From assembly GCF_000023965.1 (NCBI RefSeq), contig NC_013202.1, positions 780,001 through 812,000 on the forward strand: a DNA stretch of 32,000 nucleotides, written 5' to 3'. Positions 18,428 through 26,053 of the stretch are shown here, piece by piece. The position numbers were made by a program, and so were the translations under genes. Position 1 is the first letter of the stretch. Every line of letters begins with the position of its first letter. Below the pieces are notes generated by a model, which saw only the letters and a program-made list of their open reading frames with translations, searched no databases and had not been told where the DNA came from. The stretch comes from Halomicrobium mukohataei DSM 12286. Its GTDB lineage: Archaea > Halobacteriota > Halobacteria > Halobacteriales > Haloarculaceae.

Positions 18428-19102
18428 TCACCGACCGAAGTGCCAGGCTGCGAACACTCCGAGGAGGACGACACAGCCGCCCGCGAAAAACGCTGCGCCC
18501 GGTGGAACGGCGTTTACAGCCGCTTGCGCACCACTCTGTGCGACGGTGCCGCCGTCGGCCGCGACCTGTCCCGCGCTCTCTGTCACGCTCCCGGCAGAAC
18601 CGGACGGCAGATAGCTGCTCCCCGGCTGTCCCGTGCCGGCACTCCCCTCCTGGACGCCGCTTCCCAGCAGCGACCGACCCAGCAGTTCCTGGACGAACAG
18701 GCTGAGGACCCCCACGACGGCGACCCCGCCGAGCAGACTCGTCACCGCGCTGCGCAGCCCCGAGGTCTCCTGCTCGTCGCCCGCACAGATGACCAGCGGC
18801 TGGTCTGCGGGCGCGTACACGTCCATCTCTCGTCCCTTCTCGGAGTAGGCCGTGTCGGCGACTTCCACCGCACCGGCCGTTTCGAGCTTCTCCAGGTGGT
18901 ACTGGGCGTTCTGGAGGGAGGTGTCGACGCGATCGGCGAGCTCGCCGGGCGGGGCCGGCTCCTCGTGTAGCTCCGCGAGTAACTTCCGGGCGGTCGCCGC
19001 CGACAACGCCGAGAGCACGTCGTCGGCGTCATCACTGTCGACCGAGATCACCCGAGGGTCCGCGTCGGTGACTGCGGGGTCTTTCGAGGGGAGCAGTGAC
19101 AT
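18428..19102 (-). CDS. ArsR-like winged-helix transcription regulator with C-terminal membrane segments
   Basis: LSALSAATARKLLAELHEEPAPPGELADRVDTSLQNAQYHLEKLETAGAV is a typical ArsR HTH. The C-terminal part has two hydrophobic stretches. Start placed at MSLLPSKD. Confidence 0.75.
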   Translation of the reverse strand: MSLLPSKDPAVTDADPRVISVDSDDADDVLSALSAATARKLLAELHEEPAPPGELADRVDTSLQNAQYHLEKLETAGAVEVADTAYSEKGREMDVYAPADQPLVICAGDEQETSGLRSAVTSLLGGVAVVGVLSLFVQELLGRSLLGSGVQEGSAGTGQPGSSYLPSGSAGSVTESAGQVAADGGTVAQSGAQAAVNAVPPGAAFFAGGCVVLLGVFAAWHFGR

Positions 19103-19241
19103 GCACTCTGGGTACGTACTACGACCGTATGAGTCTTTACCATACATCAAAGAGCTATTTTACAGACGCGAAAACCGGTCGAGCGGCCCGATTTCCGGAC
19201 GTGCCGAAACGACTTTGTTCGGCCGGCTACAACGGCCGGCC

Positions 19242-19367
19242 ATGCCCGGTTGGGAAGTGTACGCGATACTGGCGGTCCTGCTCCTGTTGGTCTTTTTCCT
19301 CTACCTGATGGTTCGCCGAACGGTGACGGGATTCAAAGAAGGGATCAAAGAGAGCCAGCGCAAGTAG
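19242..19367 (+). CDS. Possible single-TM microprotein (41 aa)
   Basis: MPGWEVYAILAVLLLLVFFLYLMVRRTVTGFKEGIKESQRK. The ATG lies within track ORF 18852..19367 and the segment is intergenic between two real genes. Confidence 0.35.
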   Translation: MPGWEVYAILAVLLLLVFFLYLMVRRTVTGFKEGIKESQRK

Positions 19368-19405
19368 ACGAAACTGGTTAGTTCACGCACTCGGTGGCTG
19401 TCGAT

Positions 19406-20503
19406 ATGGACCCACGTGTCCGCGAACACGCAGAGATCGTCGCAGACCACTCCGTCGAGCTGCAGGCCGGTGACGACGTCGTCATCGACGCCCATCCCGA
19501 CGCGGCGGACCTCGTGACGGCGCTCCACGAGGTGATCGCCGACCGCGGCGCGAACCCACTCACCGTCCAGGACCGCCTCGGTGCTCGCTTCCGACGCGCG
19601 TATCTGCGCAACCACGACGGCGACTTCGAGACGCCGGCACACGTCCAGGCGCTGTACGACGAGATGGACGTGTACATCGCCATCCGCGGCGGCGGCAACG
19701 CCACCGAGACCAGCGACGTCGACCCCGAGACGACCGCGGCCTACCAGCAGGCCCAGCAACCGCTGCTCGACGAACGCCTCTCGAAGCGGTGGTGTCTCAC
19801 CCAGTACCCCGCCCAGACCAACGCCCAGCTGGCCCAGCTCAGCACGGAGGGCTACGAGAACTTCGTCTGGGACGCGGTCAACAAGGACTGGGACGCCGTC
19901 CGCGAACACCAGTCCCAGATGGTCGACATCCTCGACCCCGCCGACGAGGTCCGGATCGTCTCGGGCGACACCACCGACGTGACGATGAGCGTCGCCGGCA
20001 ACCCGACGCTCAACGACTACGGCGAGCGCAACCTCCCCGGCGGCGAGGTCTTTACCGCCCCCGTCGCCGACAGCGTCGAGGGCGAGGTCCTGTTCGACAA
20101 GCCCCTGTACCATCAGGGCCGAGAAGTGACGGACGCATACCTCACGTTCGAGGACGGCGAGGTCGTCGACCACAGCGCGTCGAAAAACGAGGACGTGCTG
20201 ACGGAAGTGCTCGACACCGACGCGGGCGCGCGCCGACTCGGCGAACTCGGGATCGGGATGAACCGCGACATCGACCAGTTCACCTACAACATGCTGTTCG
20301 ACGAGAAGATGGGCGACACCGTCCACATGGCCGTCGGCCGCGCGTACGACGACACCGTCGGCGAAGACAACGAGCAAAACGACAGCGCCGTCCACGTCGA
20401 CATGATCGTGGACATGAGCGAGGACTCGTACATCGAGGTGGACGGCGAGCGCGTACAGGAGGACGGGACGTTCGTGTTCGAGGACAACGAAATCGAGCAG
20501 TAG
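19406..20503 (+). CDS. Aminopeptidase, M29 (AmpS/PepS) family
   Basis: NLPGGEVFTAP and HMAVGRAY motifs, about 365 aa. Start placed at the ATG (MDPRVREH). Confidence 0.85.
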   Translation: MDPRVREHAEIVADHSVELQAGDDVVIDAHPDAADLVTALHEVIADRGANPLTVQDRLGARFRRAYLRNHDGDFETPAHVQALYDEMDVYIAIRGGGNATETSDVDPETTAAYQQAQQPLLDERLSKRWCLTQYPAQTNAQLAQLSTEGYENFVWDAVNKDWDAVREHQSQMVDILDPADEVRIVSGDTTDVTMSVAGNPTLNDYGERNLPGGEVFTAPVADSVEGEVLFDKPLYHQGREVTDAYLTFEDGEVVDHSASKNEDVLTEVLDTDAGARRLGELGIGMNRDIDQFTYNMLFDEKMGDTVHMAVGRAYDDTVGEDNEQNDSAVHVDMIVDMSEDSYIEVDGERVQEDGTFVFEDNEIEQ

Positions 20504-20586
20504 CGAACCGGAACGCTGCACGGCTGGTGCAGCGAAGCGGGGGAGACGACTCGTCTGGCGTTTACAGACCGAGACGCCGACGGCAC

Positions 20587-20624
20587 GTGACCCGGGTCAC
20601 CCGCTCGCGCTGGTGAGATCTCAC
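20587..20624. promoter_or_regulatory. Two perfect palindromes sharing GTGA/TCAC arms (possible operator or recombination site)
   Basis: gtgacccgggtcac at 20587..20600 and gtgagatctcac at 20613..20624, about 80-110 nt upstream of the nuclease-like gene. Confidence 0.3.
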
Positions 20625-20700
20625 TCGGAGGGTGTGTTCTGGTTCGAACATTGTTTCTGGAATACGAACACTCATATTGTTTTGACGAACTGGAAATAGC

Positions 20701-21723
20701 GTGTACCAGTTTACCCCTGACGAAATCGACAGCAGTCGAGCCAATCACCAGGCCGTTATTCAGGATGCAGAGAACATCGATGCGAAGCGGATTGGGAACC
20801 TCGGGGAGATCGCGTTCGAGCAGTTCTGCCGAGAGTATCTGCCAGCAGAGATGTGGGAGTGGCAGAACGAGGATGCGATCAGACGATGTAACCCGGAGAG
20901 TTTCGCGGGACACGACTTCGAGGTGTTCGGCTACGAAGTCGACGTGAAGACCTCTCGCGACGTGTCAGCGTTTCTCCCGGAGAATCTGGTCGAGATGGAT
21001 TCAGCCGACGACATCATCGTGATGGTCTGGCACCGGGACAACGAAGACAGCCTGATTCTGCTCGGCTGGGAGCACGTCGCCACGCTCGAGTCGAAAGTCG
21101 AGACCGAGGAACAGTTCTCGGGGGACACTCCGGCGAAGCTCGACCACCTCGCCGCTCGGCCGATGAACGACCTCCAGGACCTCGGACCGAACACGGCGAA
21201 CATGAACCAGAAACCGGAGAACCCGTTTCAGCCGGGTGATCGCGTCGAGAAGCGAGACGACGAAGATGCCTCGGTGGGGGTCGTCGTCGAGGTTCTGCCA
21301 CCGGAGACGCAGATCGAACTATTCGGGCAGGAAATGGACGGCGAAGCCGTCCGGGTAGCGTTCCCCAGCTCGCTCGACGAGGGACCAGGCGACTGGCGAG
21401 ACATCGAGCCAGCACTGTTGTCCTCGTACTGCGACGATCAGGACGTTAGCCTCTACACGTACAAGCACGAGAACCTGAAGTTCGCGGAGAATCCGTACAC
21501 AGTCGGTGATTACGTTGTCAAGTCCTCACACGACGACCCGAACCTCGCCGTGGTCGTCGGGATCGACGGCGACGAGGTGAGTGTCGTCTACGAAGGTCCG
21601 ACCGGAGAGGAAGTTGCACCGGCGAACCTCTCTGATCACTGTGACGACGAAGACCTGAAACGGTATCAATACTCACCTGACGAACTGGAGTTCACCACGC
21701 TCGAGGAGCACGGCGAGGATTAG
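20701..21723 (+). CDS. PD-(D/E)xK nuclease-fold-like protein with two C-terminal SH3/Tudor-like repeats
   Basis: The N-terminal domain has GNLGEIAFE ... HDFEVFGYEVDVKTS (an E ... D ... D/ExK arrangement). The C-terminal half is an internal duplication (ENPFQPGDRVEKRDDEDASVGVVVEV... versus ENPYTVGDYVVKSSHDDPNLAVVVGI...). GTG start. GC is lower than in core genes. Confidence 0.6.
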   Translation: MYQFTPDEIDSSRANHQAVIQDAENIDAKRIGNLGEIAFEQFCREYLPAEMWEWQNEDAIRRCNPESFAGHDFEVFGYEVDVKTSRDVSAFLPENLVEMDSADDIIVMVWHRDNEDSLILLGWEHVATLESKVETEEQFSGDTPAKLDHLAARPMNDLQDLGPNTANMNQKPENPFQPGDRVEKRDDEDASVGVVVEVLPPETQIELFGQEMDGEAVRVAFPSSLDEGPGDWRDIEPALLSSYCDDQDVSLYTYKHENLKFAENPYTVGDYVVKSSHDDPNLAVVVGIDGDEVSVVYEGPTGEEVAPANLSDHCDDEDLKRYQYSPDELEFTTLEEHGED

Positions 21724-21884
21724 ACCTCGATTGTCCGATAATTCTCTTCGACCTGTTCCACTGGTTCTTCGATTTTCCGACCACACGCCACGCACTGGAG
21801 TCCGATCCGACTGCCGGGGAGCGTAACCGCCTCGATCGTCGCATCACACCCAGCGGGGCAACATAGCCATTCGTTCAGGGACAT
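21720..21884 (-). CDS. Zinc-ribbon microprotein (54 aa)
   Basis: Below the track cutoff. Hand translation: MSLNEWLCCPAGCDATIEAVTLPGSRIGLQCVACGRKIEEPVEQVEENYRTIEV, with CCPAGC and CVAC pairs. Its stop codon overlaps the stop of 20701..21723 (convergent). Confidence 0.5.
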   Translation of the reverse strand: MSLNEWLCCPAGCDATIEAVTLPGSRIGLQCVACGRKIEEPVEQVEENYRTIEV

Positions 21885-21930
21885 CGGATATGGATCAAGG
21901 ATATGTGTGAGTAAAAGTGAGGGCCAACGC

Positions 21931-21951
21931 CGGAGTGAAAGTGAAACTGAA
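21931..21951 (+). repeat. Left arm of a 21-bp imperfect inverted repeat bracketing 21931..26286
   Basis: cggagtgaaagtgaaactgaa versus the reverse complement of 26266..26286, cggagtgaaagtgtaaccgaa. 19 of 21 positions match, and the first 13 are perfect. Confidence 0.45.
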
Positions 21952-22140
21952 ATTCACCAAACAGCGGCTGCGAAATATGTTTAGAATAATATTTACCCAA
22001 AATATTTTTTAATCTATATATAGGTTAATTATCTTTCAATTTTTAAATTTTCATAACAGAATCTGTAATCGGGTATAGTGGTTTTTATTACCGGGTGCTT
22101 CAGCGAAAGGCTGAAATTCTTAGAAAGACTTCCTTTATAT

Positions 22141-22458
22141 ATGAATGAAGCTATCCAAGAATATATATTTGTTTTTGCTATCATGATATTAATGTATGTA
22201 CTCGTAAGGTACCAGTATCTAACGCCACGAATGATTGGATTTGACACAATTATCAGGAACACTCCTGATGAGAAAGCAGCATATATCATTTCAAATGTAT
22301 ACCTTCGGATTGGTGTCTTGTGCTTATTGGGTATCTTGATTGAGACCTTATTTCAACCACCAAGCTACTCACGAAATATTTTAATAGGAATTGCAATTCT
22401 TGACCAGCTAATAGTGATACTGAAGTTGTATTTTGAACACACATATAATGTGGGGTGA
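22141..22458 (+). CDS. Membrane protein (105 aa) in extremely AT-rich DNA
   Basis: MNEAIQEYIFVFAIMILMYVLV... has three hydrophobic segments. An overlapping minus-strand ORF (22029..22289) is an alternative, so the strand call is uncertain in AT-rich sequence. Confidence 0.4.
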   Translation: MNEAIQEYIFVFAIMILMYVLVRYQYLTPRMIGFDTIIRNTPDEKAAYIISNVYLRIGVLCLLGILIETLFQPPSYSRNILIGIAILDQLIVILKLYFEHTYNVG

Positions 22459-22648
22459 CTGTAATTTATAGTGGGAACAATCCATTTTGAAAAGTATAAT
22501 AGCTATCTGGTGTTTCGCACCCCGAAAAGGGTCATAGGACATGCAGTAGGGGGTTAGTGAGTTGAAGAACCGATTATCTCCAACCTTAGTTACAATCATA
22601 TACTGTCACCGCATATTAATATAAATAAGTTTTATATACTATACTCAC

Positions 22649-23131
22649 TTATTCTTCTTTTATGATATTATGGCTCTCAAATTCTGACTTTAGTCCATCA
22701 ATATCAATTTGTTCACGGAACTTCTGATTCCCCAGCCTTATGGGGCGTGTAACTGACTCACCATCTTTTTGATAGACAATTAGTATTATTCGTCCCTGGA
22801 ATGAATCCAACCCTTTGATCTCTTTTATATCTGCTATTTTTATTTTATCTGCTTTATTCATATATCCAAAATAACTAATTGCTTTATTAAAAATATAAGA
22901 TAAAAATATACTAAATACTAGGATGCTGACCACAACCATCCCGATAGTTGATGGGTCAACACCCAATATTAATCCGAATATCGACAAGCAAACAGCAAAT
23001 ATTATCAAAATTTTCACCTTTATATCGGTCAGGACTACTTCGTATAAAGTTCTCCATATTGATTCACTAATATAAATATACTCGCTATCGAACTTAATAG
23101 ATCCTCCCAAAATCCTATGTTCTTCAGCCAT
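22649..23131 (-). CDS. Two-TM membrane protein with a K/I-rich C-terminal soluble domain (possibly bPH/YdbT-like)
   Basis: 160-aa ORF. A TM hairpin (ILIIFAVCLSIFGLILG, MVVVSILVFSIFLSYIF) is followed by a ~70-aa domain. The lysine- and isoleucine-rich composition is unlike typical haloarchaeal proteins. Confidence 0.55.
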   Translation of the reverse strand: MAEEHRILGGSIKFDSEYIYISESIWRTLYEVVLTDIKVKILIIFAVCLSIFGLILGVDPSTIGMVVVSILVFSIFLSYIFNKAISYFGYMNKADKIKIADIKEIKGLDSFQGRIILIVYQKDGESVTRPIRLGNQKFREQIDIDGLKSEFESHNIIKEE

Positions 23132-23197
23132 GATATTTATTTAATAGTTGCTATTTAACTCCTCAACGAATAAGGCTGACGATCCAAGATAGGGGAT

Positions 23198-23698
23198 TTA
23201 AGCGAAGGCGGCTCCCCCTGTAGCCGTGGCAAGAATTCCAATGCCAGCCAGATACACTGATATGGCTGCAAGAGCTGCGATTACTACAACGGCGACAACA
23301 GCTGCCAGAACTGCAACTACGATATCACCCAAGGTAATATCATACCTATCTGCTAGCTCTCGCGCGAATTCCCACGCAAGGTCCTCAGCATCCTTTCTGG
23401 TGATACTATTTTCTCCCACACAAGTTTCAACACAGATTGGTGGCGAGGTGTCCTCAGATCCGATATATGCGCATATGTCTCCAGACTCATCAACCCCCAT
23501 CCCAACGTAGAAACCAACGTCGAACTTAACAAACCCTGAATCCAGAGAGAGATCTCCGGACACCGAGTAGATCTGGGGAGTTCGCCCATAGGCACATTCC
23601 TTACGGCCAAGACTCACCGTATCCTGCATGGTTGAGCAGAACTCTCCACCTCCCACGACATCGGGAATAGCCTCACAATAGTCAATATTGACGCCCAT
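23198..23698 (-). CDS. Cys-containing protein with a long A/V/I/G-rich C-terminal hydrophobic tail
   Basis: 166 aa with six Cys in the first ~95 residues and the C-terminal tail IVVAVLAAVVAVVVIAALAAISVYLAGIGILATATGGAAFA. No signal peptide. Its ATG overlaps the stop of the upstream gene (TAATG). Confidence 0.6.
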   Translation of the reverse strand: MGVNIDYCEAIPDVVGGGEFCSTMQDTVSLGRKECAYGRTPQIYSVSGDLSLDSGFVKFDVGFYVGMGVDESGDICAYIGSEDTSPPICVETCVGENSITRKDAEDLAWEFARELADRYDITLGDIVVAVLAAVVAVVVIAALAAISVYLAGIGILATATGGAAFA

Positions 23699-24180
23699 TA
23701 TTCTTCACCCTCCATCTGAACATCACTCGGAACTGGTCTGCTCTCAATCACAGTTGGTTCAAATGCCTTGTTTGATTGCGGAATTTTCAGTTTATAGACA
23801 GCACCGTCTCTCCAGAACTTCAGCCGGTTTCCTTTCATCCACTCAAGGTTTAGTGCCCCCGTCCGACTTTCCGAGGTAACCTGATAGATCTCATCTGGGG
23901 TTTGCTCTGCTTTTGTTACACCAGTCGCAATGAACAGTTCAACTGTCCCAGTGAAAACGGACGTTGAAAATGCCATACGATCATGATTCGGCTGCTTTGA
24001 TCGTGTGGTAGAACCCAGCAATTCAATCGCGAGGTCCTTCACGGATTCATCGCTGTACTTGCTGTCTTCTATTGAGGGGTATTTTTCTTTTGCACTTACG
24101 ACTAGCGGTGAGGAAGCAATGACTGCAGTACTTCCAACTCCTGCCAGTACATCTCTCCTACTGAGGTTGTTATTTCCCAC
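23698..24180 (-). CDS. Tat-signal secreted protein of unknown function
   Basis: MGNNNLSRRDVLAGVGSTAVIASSPLVVSA has a twin-arginine motif plus a hydrophobic region. 160 aa. Confidence 0.65.
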   Translation of the reverse strand: MGNNNLSRRDVLAGVGSTAVIASSPLVVSAKEKYPSIEDSKYSDESVKDLAIELLGSTTRSKQPNHDRMAFSTSVFTGTVELFIATGVTKAEQTPDEIYQVTSESRTGALNLEWMKGNRLKFWRDGAVYKLKIPQSNKAFEPTVIESRPVPSDVQMEGEE

Positions 24181-24264
24181 ATAGAGCGCTTAGTTCTAAT
24201 CTCAGTTAAAGATTATTTAGGCACTCTAACTATGTTACAATTGCTACTATTGTCTTTCGGGGAC

Positions 24265-25233
24265 CTAATTTTGGAGTTTAGAGAGTATATCCGACCAGGA
24301 GAGATCTTGTGAGAACAGATCCGATTCGAGGTTCCACGACCATGGTGCGGCGTCGTTGGGATCTGGTTCGTGGCCAGTCGGCTCGAGATCCTCAATCGAC
24401 CCACCGAAGAGTTGGTCGGTCGGATGGTCACCGTCAGCAGGCCAGCGATCGTAGAACTCGACGACTTTCTTGTCGGTCTTGTAGTACGCCAGCGTCGCCA
24501 TGCGCTTCAGCTCCGGGTGAGCGTCTTTCCCGGTGTGAATCACGTTGCCGCAGGCGTCGACGCCGATCTTGGCGAATCGCTTGGCGAGTGGTGTCCACTG
24601 GGTCGCGACCTCTCGACGATAGGTTCGAGCGTCGAAGTGCGTCGACGACTCGTCGATGAAGACGAACTTCGGAACGTCGCGGTGTTCCAGAAGGGTGACG
24701 GCGAGGTCGTGCGCGGAGGTCACGACTTCGTCGGTCAGGGGCCAGCTCCGGACGTTCGAGATGATCATGTACTCGTCGAGCTGGGTTTTTCGTAATTCAG
24801 CGACTAGGGACATGGTATTGGTCTTGCCTGTGTTGGGATTGCCCGCGCCGAGGATGAACGCCGGTGCCTCGTTGTTCTCGATCTCGTCAAGGAGCATCAT
24901 TGGGAGCCGAAGCGTAGAGCTATCGAGATCCTGCTCGGTGACGCCGACCAAGTGCGACATGACCGAGCCGTTTCCGTTGGTGACGGCTTTGGTCGTCCGA
25001 TCGGCGAGGTACTTCTCCAGCAGCGTCTCGCCGAGTTTCGACTCTTCGAACGATGTCGTGTCGAGATCGCCACGAGCGACAGCGTCTTCGACGAAGGACA
25101 GCGCTGCTCGATCCTGCGCGTCGTCGACGATTCCGGTGTGGGGATAGTATTGCTCATGTGTTTCGAGACCGCCACGAATCTGCTCGCGGAGCTTCGCCGC
25201 AGTGAGCAGGTGCTCGTCGACGCCATCAGTCAC
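24265..25233 (-). CDS. P-loop NTPase of unknown family
   Basis: Walker A GAGNPNTGKT and Walker B-like KFVFIDESS, with a ~140-aa N-terminal extension. Start placed at GTG 25233 (GTGACTGA overlap with the upstream stop). The track's TTG start at 25275 is possible. Confidence 0.75.
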   Translation of the reverse strand: MTDGVDEHLLTAAKLREQIRGGLETHEQYYPHTGIVDDAQDRAALSFVEDAVARGDLDTTSFEESKLGETLLEKYLADRTTKAVTNGNGSVMSHLVGVTEQDLDSSTLRLPMMLLDEIENNEAPAFILGAGNPNTGKTNTMSLVAELRKTQLDEYMIISNVRSWPLTDEVVTSAHDLAVTLLEHRDVPKFVFIDESSTHFDARTYRREVATQWTPLAKRFAKIGVDACGNVIHTGKDAHPELKRMATLAYYKTDKKVVEFYDRWPADGDHPTDQLFGGSIEDLEPTGHEPDPNDAAPWSWNLESDLFSQDLSWSDILSKLQN

Positions 25234-26053
25234 CGGCGGGCGCACCCCCGTTCCCAGCTCCGGCGAGATCAGCAAGGTCTTGGTCGAAGTCGATACGAAC
25301 GCCGGGGGTTTCGGACTCCTGCGAGTTCTCTTCAGTCTCGCGAATCTTCCGCTCGAGGCCGAACTGCTCGATCGCGTTGTCGATCTCGTCGGTCAACCCC
25401 CCTCCTTCGTCTGGAAGGGTCCCGCGTTCGAACGTCGAGACGATCCGAAGCACGGCCTTCCGGGTGGCGTTACGGATGATCGTGAACGCCTGGGCTTCGA
25501 TCGCGAAACCACGCTTGGCGTCTTCCTCGAGCTGGCCGCGACACTCCTCGACAGCTTGGAGTGTTTTCATCAGCTCGCGGTCGGACATCGTACCGCGCCA
25601 AGTGCCTTCGACAGTCTGTTCGTCGAGATTGACCTGCTTCCCGAAGGCGAGATCGGGACTCACTCGATCGAGTTGCCCTTCGGTGATCGTCCACTCGCTG
25701 AATCGCTGGCCGGGGATGCGGAAGATGCCGCCCTTCGTGTAGCGAGCGTCGACGTCGACGAGCCAGACGTACGTCGGTTCCCACAGCAGTGACCGGACCT
25801 TCTTGCCGGTCGGTCGACCGACGATCGGGATGATGATGATAGCTGTGAGGCCGATGATCTGGAGGTTGCGCGGGGGTTCGAAGCCGATGACCGACGCCAG
25901 AACGAACGGCCCGAGGCCGAGACCCGACGCCAGGAGCGTCAGGTTCTCGGTCAGCCAGCGGAACGCGCGGAACCAGCGAGATCGACTCGGGTCCTGCTCT
26001 GGTTCGTTAGTCTGTTCCGTCCGGGCTCGGGATCGCTCATGCGACGCGCTCAC
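25226..26053 (-). CDS. Two-TM membrane protein with an acidic, helix-rich C-terminal domain
   Basis: 275 aa. Basic N-terminus, TM segments LTLLASGLGLGPFVLASVIGF and LQIIGLTAIIIIPIVG, then a ~180-aa soluble region. GTG start. Overlaps both neighbouring genes. Confidence 0.7.
   Translation of the reverse strand: MSASHERSRARTEQTNEPEQDPSRSRWFRAFRWLTENLTLLASGLGLGPFVLASVIGFEPPRNLQIIGLTAIIIIPIVGRPTGKKVRSLLWEPTYVWLVDVDARYTKGGIFRIPGQRFSEWTITEGQLDRVSPDLAFGKQVNLDEQTVEGTWRGTMSDRELMKTLQAVEECRGQLEEDAKRGFAIEAQAFTIIRNATRKAVLRIVSTFERGTLPDEGGGLTDEIDNAIEQFGLERKIRETEENSQESETPGVRIDFDQDLADLAGAGNGGAPAGD

Noticed and set aside
19301-20521. 406-aa antisense ORF over the aminopeptidase gene, plus the 275-aa off-frame ORF at 19789..20616
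   Set aside because: Same high-GC artefact. The M29 aminopeptidase frame carries the recognisable motifs.
20515-20533. Hairpin gctgcac-ggctg-gtgcagc right after the aminopeptidase stop, as a possible terminator
   Set aside because: Archaeal termination mainly uses oligo-T tracts, and none follows this hairpin. I note it but do not call it.
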